A stretch of DNA of 62,900 nucleotides, filler included, from Sphacelaria rigidula (taxonomy: Eukaryota): the NCBI GenBank assembly GCA_964200075.2. It is 8 parts of 8 records of this genome, joined end to end, with 100 filler letters (N's around TTAATTAATTAA, not from the genome) between each part and the next. Parts side by side here need not be neighbours in the genome. Positions count along the whole stretch, not along the records: positions 23,627 to 31,401 come from CAXNAA020013498.1; positions 31,502 to 39,276 come from CAXNAA020013499.1; 6 more parts are not named here. One strand, 5' to 3'. The translations under genes were made by a program, and so were the position numbers. Of this stretch, positions 26,360 to 39,276 are shown piece after piece. The first letter of the stretch is position 1, and each line of letters opens with the position of its first letter. The notes beneath the pieces are model-generated. The model was not told the DNA's origin, did not search any database, and was given only the letters and a program-made list of their open reading frames with translations.

Positions 26360-29158
26360 GTGAGTTGCTAACTCAAACGAAGTCATGATGGTTGGCAAGT
26401 TGTTCGTTGGCCTACAAGGCAAACACGAACATTCCACAAAACTTCGATGCAATCAGCCGAGTCACTATACTGACCCTCATATTCAAGCAGGCGATATCGT
26501 CTGAGAGCTTGGGGCTGATTGGATCGTGATCGGTGCACAGAGTGTTGTTGCCCAGGCGTTGGGTTGCTACCTGTTGTGTTCTGGGGTTCGCCGTTTTGCA
26601 AAGCAAGTCAAGCACTATTGAACGAACCGTTTAGATTCTGCTGCTGATACTTCATTTGAGCTCTTGTTACTGCAACCCGAAGCAGGTGTCTCCGTGTATA
26701 AAAAAGTGCGAGAGGGTGGTATCCAAAAACCGCCTTGCAACAAGAGTAGGCAATCAACTCATCATTACCCAAGCACTCATCAACGTGCTACATTTGCAAG
26801 CATGACACCTTCTCTATCCAGCACCTAAACACAGCAAAGCTCTGCTTATCTGCCGTGAAGCTCACTGTGGTTCGATTTGTCGTGTATGATTCACACATGA
26901 AATAGTACTCTGCGATAGTACCTTGGTTTGCGAACAACAACCCTCCATTCCCTGCATCAGACTGCAGTCATGGGTGATGCGGAAGTACCCGTTGAGGTGC
27001 CGCAGAAGTGCCAGTCGGTGCCACGAAACGCGATCCAAAGTGTGCTCGAACTCGAAGTCTTGGCCGGCCAGTATGGGTAAATCACCCGGTCGACATCATG
27101 CATACAAGAGACATTACAGATAAGCCTAACGTGGAAATCTGGGCACTCAAAGATGGCCAGCATGATGTTTGCGGGTGCACTTCAATACAATCAGCCGATG
27201 CCGCACAGACGCATTCAGCCGATGCCCTACGGTATAGACAACGGTACAGACAACAGTACATAAATACAATAGCAGAACATCCCCACACATGGGCAGCGGA
27301 CTGTCCTATTCTACACCGGCTGCGGCGCTGTGTGGTTCCAGTTCAGTTGTTGCAAGGTGGTTGCCTGGTGACATGGCCGTGCATAATCGGAGCTTCTACA
27401 CTGGCTGTCCCCGTTTGGCGTTTTGCTGAGAAAGAACGATGCCCTACGAGTGAATTCTCATACCGAGATCGGCTGTTGCGTCAGGTTGCCAAACCCGTCG
27501 TGTACGGTACGGTGCAGTACGGCGGAAGTGGACGACGCCGGAGGAACACTCATATTTTATCTCATGCGCCTTTTTTTATCCGCGTGTTGCCATCCTAACC
27601 GTCTGGTCTCAAGGAGGGACAAAACGCCATATTCCCCCCCGGGTGTTCGCTCCTCACGCTCATTTGTTGTCGTCAATTGAAAATTGCAGCGACAAGGGAC
27701 GAGAGTGTGGACGAACTTTCTTGCGTCTCCCGGGAATTGAAGTTGAATTATGAGCCATGTTAACCTCCATTGGGGGTGTTATTTCCCGTCACGATATAGA
27801 ACCTCACCAACTGCGATGTGGGCACGATACGATCGACTTCCGCGGAAAAGTCTATGGAGGTTCCGCATCGATGAAGAAAATATGTAACCAGGATGGTGAG
27901 TACGTACCATCATGGCAAAAATCTCGCGAATGGATTTACGTTAAACCTCAGAGCCAACCATTCTGGCGTCCATAACCTTCTGCTCCAAGAATCAACGTCT
28001 GACTGTCTCGCCAGTGTTTGGAGGATGACCATGTCGTAGGCATCGATGACCGCTAGTAGTGGGTCCGGTGGGCGCTGTAACGAATTACAAGTTGTTAGTT
28101 TTGACCAATACTGTAGATTTGCTGCAGCCCAACGTCGTTGAGCGTTCGGGACTGTTGGCCATTTCTCACCTACATGTGCAGGGCGCACATGCCAACCGAG
28201 GTTTCCCTCCCTCCCCCAGCTTCGACATCACGAGCCCCCGCTGGGGCAGCAGGAGTCTGTGAGGGAAACAAGCTCACCACTCTGGCTCTACCCGCATTGT
28301 TTGAGACGTGCTCCGCGACAAAAATACGCTCCGGAGCGGAGAACGAATGTGGGCGGGCCTCATCAAGAGAAATCCGCGGATTGTGAAATCTGACGAAATG
28401 TCCGGATATAACCCCGAGCATGAAATAATTAACGGATGGCGACTAGAATTCAAGGAGGATGCCCTTTGACGCTCCCTAGAATGAGTGTGCGTGGTGGGTT
28501 TTATCGGTGTTGCAGACCATTGGGTAGCGTTTCGCTTACATGAGCTGCCGCAGTACCTCCAACCCACCGAGCTATCGGTGCTCCAGAGAGACCTGCACAA
28601 ACAAAAAGGGTTTATCCCGCGCGACAGGGAAAACTCAAGTCCAAAGAGCTACACTCGACTGTCGTTAGATGTACCACAATATCGGAACGCCAACCATATA
28701 CCCAGTTCAACGGTTACGCTAGGCAGTATATGCTGCCAAAACCATGTCCTCGTCCGGACAGAATTATCACATTTAGGAGGATCACTATTCTGTTTGAACA
28801 CGATGGTCGGTTGCTGCGATACCACCCCCCCCCTCCCCTACCACCACCACCACCACCACCACCTTCCCCGCTAAGAAGCTGTGCAAAAATGACGATGTGC
28901 TGTTCGTAAAACAGGTTTGCTCGTAGCGGAGCACGAGTAACGGAGCATGAAGGCCTGATCGCGATCACAAGCGGCGCATGCATGTACAGACAGATGTGAC
29001 ATTTTCAATTAACCCTTCCGGAACCCATCGACATTTCTTGTTTTTGTGAATCGGGATCATCTTGACTTGAAAATGACTGAAAATGATGCCGATTCACAAA
29101 AACAAAAACTGTCAATGGATCATGAAAGGGTTCACGTGCAGCACGATAGCTCATCATC

Positions 29159-29294
29159 ACGACGGCTCCCCCTTTACCAAACTAATCTGGTGATGGCTCG
29201 AGCCGTAGCTGCCAATCAAGCAGTGGACGACGGCTCCCCCTTTACCAAACTAAACTAGTGATGGCTCGAGCCGTAGCTGCCAATCAAGCAGTGG
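29159..29294. repeat. 68-bp tandem duplication (2 near-identical copies)
   Basis: acgacggctccccctttaccaaactaa...gccaatcaagcagtgg occurs twice. Confidence 0.9.
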
Positions 29295-29580
29295 AAAACG
29301 TTGCCCTTCGTGTTTGGGCAGAATCTGCTGAAAAAAATGGACAAGATTTCATCGTGTGTCGAGACCTATTTCGGGGGAAGCTGTTTGGGCATCTACACAA
29401 CCACCGTTCCTCCACTGTTGAACAGATTCCCTTGAAATAACGACTGCTGCATGTAGATGATCAAGGGCTACTGTAGCGCCGGGGCTAATGCACACGTACT
29501 CCGGAAATATGTGCGTGTTTGTTTGGACTTTCGTTGTGGGTGCTCTACAAACAAAATCGTGGTACACATAACAGTATAGC

Positions 29581-30047
29581 TTGTTTTCGGTCATACACAT
29601 GGTAAGATCCCTGCCTCCTGAAAGAAGAAATACATGTACCAGTAGTCGAGTAGAGGAAGTAGATGCACAGAATTGCCCCTGCGGCAAAGCAACAGAAAGT
29701 AGAACTCATGAAGTGACAGAATGTGAGCTGTACAAGGACGAACGGGATGTTCTGGAGGGGGAAATGCGGGAAGTAAACGAAAAGTGGCACGAAATAGTTT
29801 GATGCGTTAGACAGTAGGGAGAAAACGGTGGCTATACTAAGAGATGGGTGGTGGCCACAGACGGTGAAACAGGACGGGGATCGGATATGTAGAAAGGATT
29901 TTGTGTAATGTATGGAAGAAACCTAATGAACGCTCAAATGTTGGAGGTGTCTCTATCACGAGTGGGAACGGTGTTCCGTCTCGAAAGGCATGCGAAGTCA
30001 ATGATCACCCAACTAAGGCAAGCAACAAATGAGTACGCCCCCCCCCT
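29581..30047 (+). mobile_element. Degenerate non-LTR retrotransposon (LINE) 3' end with poly(C) tail
   Basis: CPCGKATESRTHEVTECELYKDER is a CCHC-type zinc motif typical of the LINE ORF2 C-terminus; frameshifted continuation; homologous pieces at 37-180(+) and 24570-24660(-). Confidence 0.7.
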
Positions 30048-30624
30048 CCTCGGGACGAGTCCGTGGCCTCAAGGGATCAACCCACATCTCCCTCGGTACT
30101 TCCGTGCCTAATTAATCAATCGATTGTTGGTACCAGTACTCTCACAGCCATCGACTTCGTCGATTGTGCTGCTTGCTCGCCTTCCGAACGCTCCCAGCCT
30201 ACTCCTTCGAGAAACCGTCAGAATACGCTGTAAATATCGGGATTCGAACGCACACAATCGAACCCCCGAAGTGGCCGTTGGTCTAGCAGTTCGACCACGG
30301 GTGCGCGGCGGGGTGAAAAATTGTAGCATTTGATTTCGTCATCTTCCTCGAATTCCGTTTTTATTCATTGTTTGGTGTGCATAGGTCATCAGATAGATGA
30401 TGGGTATGTATGTTACGTCGTGCGTTTAAAAAAAATGTGCCTTCCGCGTCTTCCGGCTTCATCATGTGAAAGTTTTTGGTGTTTTGCTATTAATTTATTC
30501 ATTGCTATTTCATAGTATGCCTTGACGGACGTTTATCAACAGTTTAGTGATGTGCTTTCTTGAATTTTTTTTTATGTGATTCGTTTCCATCTCTTTCTGT
30601 TTGTTTTTTGTATATTTTTTTCAG

Positions 30625-30811
30625 GAGGGCTTGCTGCTAGATCGCGAACGGCGGCGACGGCGATACCTCCTCGCTCTGCGGGGCAACTCTATGGGGCGGG
30701 AAGGTGTCGAAGTTTCGCTGCCGCAGGGCCGCAGGGCGCGAGAAGGTGCTTCTCTTCTGTACCGCAAACAGTGGACAGTGGAGCCGACGACTTCATGCAG
30801 GGGGCCAACAG
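30625..30811 (+). CDS. Second exon: mitochondrial presequence and N-terminal motif of probable 2-oxoglutarate dehydrogenase E1
   Basis: Strong polypyrimidine tract plus cag|; Arg/Ala/Ser-rich presequence ending RRCFSS; then DDFMQGAN(S), resembling the OGDH/SucA FLxGxNxxY motif. Confidence 0.6.
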
Positions 30812-32435
30812 GTATTCTAAAGTGCTAGAGGGAAGTCTGATTGGGGGGGAGCTGATGGGAGGAGGAGGGGGGGGGTGCTTATGATTTGCACGCCGTAGCC
30901 GTAAGACCGTTGACTTCGCATCCCTACAAAGCCGGGACGGAGCACACCGGGTTATCGACGGACCAGGCTCGCAATCAATCACCAAGCGCGAAGCGCCGTG
31001 ATGTGTTCGGCGAGTTGCATAAGGGATGATGTGCACCCTGCTAAGAATTGTTCCCCCCGAAGCGTAATGGTTATCTTGCATTTGGATGACAGCCTCGAAT
31101 GACTTGCTTTTTTTTCTTTTTGCTGATGCCACTTCCAGAGATAGCCACGGGTTACACACTGGTGTATGGGTGTCTCACCATACAAACACTACGTAGTATA
31201 ATTATCCCCTTTGCGTGGAGTTTGGGTTCTCCATCCCGCAAAGTATGGTCTAGCGCAACCACCATCATGGTTACCGCAAAAAAAAACACAAGCGAAGCAG
31301 GTATGGAGGGGAGAGGGGGGGGGGGGGCCTACTCTTAAAACGGTATGGACAATATAAAAATTTTATTTTTCCGTTTCCAAAATTGTACAAAAAATTTATT
31401 ANNNNNNNNNNNNNNNNNNNNNNNNNNNNNNNNNNNNNNNNNNNNTTAATTAATTAANNNNNNNNNNNNNNNNNNNNNNNNNNNNNNNNNNNNNNNNNNN
31501 NAACACTAACCCTAACCCTAACCCCGACGAAGGCACACCGAGAACCCTCGGGCGAGGGGGTGGAGAGTGTTACATAGGCAAAGGGTGCGTTGCCAGACCT
31601 CAAATCGGCGCCCCAGGCGCCGATTTCGACCAAAACGCGTTCTGCGCAAGCTAGGGGCACGCTTGCAGCATAGCCCCATTAAGGATCCGGATTATCGCTG
31701 TTCACACTAAAATCAAGTCGAACTATCTGAGAAATTTATCACCATCCCAAGTGGTGAACTCTACTGCTTGGTACACCCCAAATCGGCGCTGTGGCGTCGA
31801 TATCAACAAAACGCGTTTTGCGCATGTGGGGAGCAAACGGGACTGTCAGCATTGCTAAAGATCCTATTCTAGTTGTTTACAGTCAAATCAAGTACTATAA
31901 ACCGTCGATGATGTGCGTGCAAAATTTGAAGTGAAAACGGTCAAAATAAACCAACCATCGATGGATGGTTGAAGGCTCGGGTGCCAGTGGGCCCCTCGAA
32001 TGACGTGCGTGCAAAGTTTGAAGCGAAAACGGTCAAAATGACGTGTTTTGCTGTTTTCGCGTGTCTGGCCATTTTCCGTATCTTTCTCGGGCAAAACACG
32101 AGAAGGTATACCTTTTCTAGGACATTGCCCACTTTTTTTTCGTGAGTTATTGGCGACTAAACATTTCAAAACAGTTTTTCGGGACTAAATCGTGAATAAC
32201 TCACGGAAAAATATATATGCAGGGGGAGGATGATGGGATCTTCGCACATACGTCCTGTACATCATGTCAAAAAATTATTGGCAACGACCCCAAATTGAGC
32301 AGCATAATCGCGTGTTCACATTCCTGTTTCGTTTGAAAGTCGATACTGAATTTAAGTCAAATGCGACTTCTGACCAAAAAATTGTGTGTTATCTGACTTC
32401 AATCATGGTGTGGAGTTGACGAAGTTTACGCATAA

Positions 32436-32533
32436 CCCTTAGACCGCGAGGTTAGTCTTCTGTTGAATCGGCATCAATTTCAAGTGAAGAAAAGTATGCA
32501 TGATCCAGAAAGACTAATCTCGCGGTCTAAGGG
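32436..32533. mobile_element. 98-bp piggyBac-like MITE
   Basis: TIR CCCTTAGACCGCGAG, (A/T)TAA flanks; two more copies at 59495-59702. Confidence 0.85.
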
Positions 32534-34910
32534 TTAACCCGCCAAATATTTCGCAACAGAACACCAGCGCGATACGAGCTGAGCCAGTCTAGAAACGAAT
32601 TTAAGCTTTCACAGCCATATCTTATCAGCCGTCTAGTCAAGGGTGAGATGCCCACCTACTCAAAAATCTTGGCCAATCTGTTCCCCTTAAATGAACGCCG
32701 TGTCGAAGAATTCCTATACCGAATGGATATAGGGTCTATACTATTTTTTCGTGTAAACGTTTGTTTCTTGCCTTCTTCTGCGGGCTGTTTGGGTTTTGGG
32801 TATATTGGTGGTATGCTCCTTGCACTCTGTGACCGCAGGTTCGAGAGATCGAGCTAATGTGATGGATAAAATAATAATAACTAGAGTCTATATGAAACCT
32901 TGAACGATATATACTGCGGACTATGGCGATTTCTGGAACAAACATTTCCTGAAGTACAGGGAAACGACCGATATCCTCACCTTCACCTAATTCGTCAGCT
33001 GAAGATAGATATGGCGCACATAAGATTCCATATTAAAATCACAATAATACGAGCAGGACGCACTAAATGCACTAAATCTGGATTTTGCGTCTCACTTTTT
33101 GAGAGACGTGATTTCAAGTTTGGTGTGTAGAATCGCTGGGGTATAATAAAATAATAGTTTCAGCTCCTGAAGTTTTTTTTTTCCCTTTTCTCTCTATTTC
33201 GTAGGGGCGTTTTGTTAAAAGATGGACGTCGCTTTTGGCCCCCATGTCAGTTCCTTTTTTTTATTGTGATTTTAAGTTGAGTGCGCGTATGGAAAATCGT
33301 AGGGGCATACTGAAAAAATTGGGGGCCTTCTTTGTTTGTGTGAGTTAAGGGCGTTCCCGTGAAAAAGTTGTCTTCACCATACCCAACCGTCCTCAACTCC
33401 TGAAGAAAAAAAACGTCTCATCTTTTTGGTTCATTATGTCCTATCGATGTTCCAAGACAATATTTCGAAGCATAAGTACAAAACCTAGGCCGGTGAATGG
33501 CCTGCAAAATACTGTTCCGAAATTCGACCGGCCCGTGTTCTGAATGGCCCATTCTCACCTTGATGTTGAGAATTGGAGTTTCAAATTTGGTACGGAAAAT
33601 GACGAGGGCATGAGGGTGTGTCTTGGCACTTTTTTTTAGATGGAAAAAATGGGGCGGTGGAATCGATTTGAGCGAGAAAATATTGTTTTGATGTAGTTGG
33701 GTCCAGATGGATTTTCAAGCTTTCGATGGAAAAAAGACGGTGAAATTCGTGAAACGGCACATGGTCATTCGTAGTCTGTGACTGTGTGCACTGCATGCAA
33801 GCAGTATCTTGAGTGCGTGCGTGCGTGTTTCGTACAGGAGGATATAAAAGAGAAGCGGGCAACGTGCAGTGCAGACAGCCCAGGACTATCAGTTCTCTCT
33901 GCTTACAAAGCAACGTGACAAAGATTTCAGCAACGTGCAGCTTTGTACTGCCTGCACTGTCCATGATTTGATTGTGGTTGATTGATTGATTGTCGCACTT
34001 TAACTGACCCCCCAGGGATCCAGCCGTGGTCTCATGATAGACGTACGTACCCAACAAAAACGAAACTGGAACACTCGCTGAAGAAAAGAAGGAACAGGGG
34101 AAAAAAAAAAAACGGACAGAACGACATAGCAGACTAAGAAGAAAAGAAAAAAGAATGATGAAAAAAAGTCAACAAAAGCAGAGCACAGAAAAAAATGGCC
34201 GACCTAATACGAAAAAAAAGGAAAATAAGAGGAAAGTAAAGAGCAAATAAAATAGATTGAAATGATATGATGAAAAAAAGAGAGGAAAAAGCCCAAGGGA
34301 TTCCGGGCAGCAGAGTAGATATAGATACACACCAGTGGGCACCGCAGAGCCACCGACTAAGGACATAATCAACAAGCGATATGAGCAAACAGGATTATGA
34401 GGGTGCACGCAACTCGGTTGCCTACCGTACCACGCAGTTCCGTCACTGACCCCTACCAATAAAAACGATGCGCAAGTTCTCGCCAACAAAAAATAAACGA
34501 AGCATTCCCAACTACTGCAGCATGTATATCCCTGGGCTCAACACGTGCTCTATGCTGTAGGGTTGCGGTGGTAGCTGAGAATGAGTTGGATGGAGTTTGC
34601 ATGGTCCTGTGAACAGGGTGCTATCTGGCGTGGTAGTCTGTGAGATAGGAGTCCAGGGCCGCTTCGTATCTTTCGACCGCATGTTTTCGATCGAAAAGGA
34701 TTATATTTTGTGTCGATTTTTTTTCCTCCGCGTGCCACTGATTATAATTTTGAGTTGAATCCTTATAGGAACATAAATGCGGTGGACCTATCAGATCGCG
34801 AAAAAAGAATCGACCGCACTTTTTTTATCGGAAAAAAAAGTGCGAAGACACGCCCTAATAAAAAAAAAAGGGAGTTCGGGACATGAAGATTTTTTTCCCC
34901 CATGAGTTCA

Positions 34911-35936
34911 CCCTTTTGGGACCGGGCCTCCAGAACGACCAATGAGGCTGGTTCGGAATGACGTGTCTGGCGTCTGTACGAACAGTGGCTCCATGTTGCT
35001 GAAATCGGCGCATGTAACCGCAGGGTGTTATGACGAAGACCAAAAGCTTCATCCAACCTATTTTTAGGTGCAGGGTGCGCCCTAGGTAATGTACATCCAA
35101 TGTAGCAAGCAGTATGGGTCGCGGTAGAGAGCTTTCAACAGAACACGGCGACGGGCGGGCCACCGGCCACTTGTGGCTTTGGATCATATTATTGTCCCCA
35201 TCACCTTGCCACACAGCCCTTTGTGGTCGGGGTGGGCCACGATTCCCTCTTTGTTACATGCGGCAAATTCTCTCCGAAGGGTATGAGCGTTGCGGCGCGC
35301 ATACATACAGTACAATACAGTGTAGTACGCCTCTCCAACTGCAGCAGCAGCTGCCGTTGCATACTCCCTTGCACGCTCTGGGCAGTTCTCAGCTACCGAG
35401 ATCAACTGCCTATTTACCGCTTCTTCATCCCCGCGCACTACATACATATTAACTGCACACTGCAAGGCATCGGCAGAGGGATAGTTAGAATTCATGACGA
35501 TAGCTCCTCTTGTCTTTCCACGGCCCACCTGGGTTTAGTGCCTCGTAAAAATGACCACATGGTAGCATGTACACTCCTCCCCGGTTTTTCCCACTCCACC
35601 CTGTGTTAGTGTAGATACTACCTTTTAGTATAGGCTGGGGACCGAAAAAAACTCGCGGGAAATCCTGGGAACGCTATACTGAATGCAAGTAGTACGATAA
35701 GCCATGCTCCGAGCATCCTGGCTTTTGAAAGCTGGGAAGACTTATCTGGGGGATGGGGCGCCCACACGATCTTTGCAGTGGCATCACACTCGACAACAAT
35801 CCCCGCGCTGGTCGTTCGGGTCTGGTCGATAAATTTCGCCTCGCCGTGATTGGGCAGGTCGCTCCCTGACCTATTTTTTATCATTTCACGAACACATGGT
35901 CAACCCCGTGTTAGTGGGGGGTCGGTCCCAAAAGGG
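34911..35936. mobile_element. Non-autonomous piggyBac-like element (~1 kb)
   Basis: TIR CCCTTTTGGGACCG...CGGTCCCAAAAGGG with ttca/TTAA flanks; end fragments also at ~55180-55335 and ~56447-56505. Confidence 0.7.
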
Positions 35937-38500
35937 TTAATGGCAATAATCAAGATCCAATTTTTGGTAAAATTTCCGTTAACTTATGGTGGAGAAAAAA
36001 AGTCGCCATGTCACGAACTATTTTTTTCATTCTCCACACTGAATCTGAAAGCTCAACTCTCAAAATTAAGGTGAGAATGGGCCTGCACCCTACAGATCCG
36101 CTTCTAGGCTGGTCCAGCTGGTACGTTTTAGTCTTTCTCTGGGACCAGCCTGCGTGTCCCATGTTCTTTCGTAGACTCGTTGATGCTGGTTTGCTACCGC
36201 ATCTGTACACGAGGAAGGTTAGGTATATACTGTCAGGTTGTAACATGTGTAGTTTTGCCGCCGTAGTCCGTGGGCCAACAGTACAGGGCGGGGTAATTCG
36301 ACCGTGTGGCAAAAAAGAGGGCGCCGTTGCAGTTGAGCTACATCTATGATACTTCGCTGAACATACCAGACAATAGCATGCAAGTCGACTGCTGCACTGC
36401 ACTATCCGTGGAAACCGTAGCCATAATCTTCGGACACTGGGGTCCTCCATACGTCAACACCTGGACAAGGTTGGCCTTCGTGCGGATCACTAGAGCGGAA
36501 GCTCTTAAGAGCAGGGCGGCGCGTGTACTGCGCCAAGTTGACAGGGGGTCTTAGTGGGAGCATCCCCTACACTGCCTTGAGCCACCGCTCGAGGCGCCTT
36601 CCCCACATGACCGCCACATGACCGCCGTGAGGTCGTCTAGCCGAGCCTTCGGGTAATCGGCACACGAACTCGCTAGCGATCGCCTGCGATCATTTGCGGG
36701 GTAAGTGTTGGGTTGGGTTTCCTCCTTCCATCAAGGAAAAAATCAGCAAGCGCACTCACAATCTTTGTTCAATGACCCCTGTACGACTTGACGTACAGAA
36801 AGCGGTGTTGACAGTTTGCAGGCCCCTTCTCTTGGTCACATCGGCGGTATATACTTCCGCTTCGGACGCAAGACCCCTTCCCTTTCGGTTGTTGGGCAGC
36901 AGGATCCCACACGACTTCACGCCGCCCACCAAACCGTGGCCTGTGGCAGCAGGCTCTCGCGCAGCTTGCCTCCCGAACCAGCTAGCTCATGGGGCAACAT
37001 CCAGCAAGCTTCTGTTGTAGTGCATGCTCCAGCCGCCGCGGTTCGATGAGCTGAATTAAAATGGTATAACAAAAAATAGCTAGGTCGGAAGGATGCGGGA
37101 TCGAACCCCGCCAGGTGGACTTGCGCTTTTTGCTGAGAAATATCTGATTTTCCGTTGTGGAAATCGTTGGGACGTACGTGAGTAGTATGGGTTTTTTTCC
37201 TGACGAAAGTCGACGTGATACGCGAGTGCTGATCCAATTCGCGATATCAAATTGTCGGTAGGGTGTGTACCGTGGGGGATGGGTTAATCCTTTGCGACTC
37301 AAAACTCGTCGCGAGGATGAGGGGGTGTTATTCAACGCACGACGAAAAAAAAAGTGTCGTGCGAAGAATGCACAGGATGAATATCGCTCTCTTGCCAAGA
37401 AACGAGGGACAAGTCGGTTGCATGTTCGTTTTGGATCATGTCACACCCTCGCCAGCAAAGTAGTTGACGCGTTCCTCCACGTTCGTCTGCTGCAGATTGA
37501 AAGTAAAGCACGGATATATTTGATCACCAATCCAAGCATCCACGTTCCGCCCGTTTTTTTTCTCCTTCTTTTGATCGATTGGTTGATTGGTTTGATCATC
37601 GTGTACTAGCTGATCCCCGAGGGAAGCAGGCGTGGCCATGATCCACAAAAAAATACGTACTCAGGGTAAACAAAAACGGACACGCTCGCTGAAGAATAGA
37701 AAAGTGAAGAAGGCAGGTAAATCAGATTGATTGATTAATTGTCGCACTTTAACTGAACAGACAGACAGAGTAAACCGAGTTAAGCCTTTGGGAACTCATG
37801 GACGGTTTTTGTTTTTATGAAGCGGCATAATTTTGAATTGAAAATGACTGAATATGAGGCCGATTTTACAAAAACAAGGATCGTCAGTGGGTTCCGAAAG
37901 GGTAAAAAGAAAACAAAAGCAAAGACGAAGCAAAACCAAGCTGAAAAACAAAACAAAACAAAAACTAGAAATGGCCGGCTTATACAACATGGCTTTGGGT
38001 GCAGAAGGTCTTGCGCAAAAAATGCACTACATGCACCCATACCCCCAAAAAGACAAAATCAAACGTGCGAACAGTATGTTTTTTTTTCTCTTTAGTTGCA
38101 CCTCAAGCTGTTCCGACTACACTGTTTTGGGTATGAACTCTCACCTATGAGCTGTTTTTTACACAATTTTTCTTGCCCCGGTCTGGCACTTATACAGGTG
38201 CACAGTAGTATCTCGTGGTACCATGACTGGAGTAGTCGAGGATCGGTTTCTATGCGCAGATGTGCAAACAAATCAATCACCCAGGCAACCGAATAATCGC
38301 CCCTTTACTTGTATTGACAAATATATGTATTGTTATCATGTCGATCACCCAAAGATCTGAATTGACTCCTTAGCATACCGCAATCATGCTTGTGAATTGT
38401 TCAAATTAGGGCTTCTCATCCGCAGCTAAATGTGATGTACTTACTCTACAAAAAAATGTCCCTTCCACCTCCCGCCCTCCCCCAACCCACGACCCCGTAG

Positions 38501-38856
38501 ATACGACACCAATCTGCCCCACGTGCCAGACGGACCATGGAGGGCTTCGTAGAGAGCGAAGGAGGTGCATTCAGCGACGGCAGCGAGCATGGGGACCGCT
38601 CATCCGACTTAACTGCACCTGGTGGTCATGATCCACAACAACAGCATGGCGTGCAGCAACAGCAGCAACAGCGGCAGCAGCAGCAGTCTAGGCGAAAAAC
38701 AAGTGCCGGGGCGGGGTCGTTTGCCATGGCAGGGTTGGTGGCAGCGCGCGCATCCGGAGATGCGAAGGTGACAAATCCTGTACACGCGTACGGGATGGTG
38801 GAGCTAGAGTCCGAGGGGGACGATCTTCTGGCCAGCCATTTGGAGTTTATGCAAAG
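38501..38856 (+). CDS. Internal exon of an unknown protein with a poly-Q tract
   Basis: cgtag| acceptor, aag|gtttgt donor, open and coding-like frame ending DDLLASHLEFMQR. Confidence 0.55.
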
Positions 38857-39086
38857 GTTTGTACACTCCTCTCTCTCTCTCTTTCTCTCTCTGTTTTTGC
38901 GCCGTTCAGCTGTGACTGCGGGTCTTGCCTTGTGTGGATCACGGCCGGAAGATCGTCGCGAATGGGTTTGTACTACAATAGAAGTACTTCTTACCCCCGG
39001 GGTGAGGTTATCATCATCTGTTGAATCAAGTGCTCCTTGAAAGATGGGTTTGGGACCCAGATGACCCATCTCAACGGTCGAAAGGT

Positions 39087-39276
39087 CAGTGTGAGAATGT
39101 TACTGTCGTGGATCGATTCATCGACAGAACAACTTGTCGGGGCAGCAAGGGAGAGGGGTGTACTCATGATCATGCATGCCATACTCATCATTAGACCATT
39201 GACCTCGCATTCCTACAAAGCCGGGACAAGTTGTTCTGTCGATGAATCGATCCACGACAGTAACATTCTCACACTG
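39087..39276. repeat. Perfect 52-bp inverted repeat (39087-39138 / 39225-39276) at the contig end
   Basis: Arms are exact reverse complements and flank a retroposon tail fragment. Confidence 0.9.

Noticed and set aside
29159-29294. CRISPR-like repeat
   Set aside because: Two abutting copies with no spacer, no cas genes and a eukaryotic context
31502-31524. Chromosome telomere
   Set aside because: Only about three degenerate units, and the same motif occurs inside a MITE
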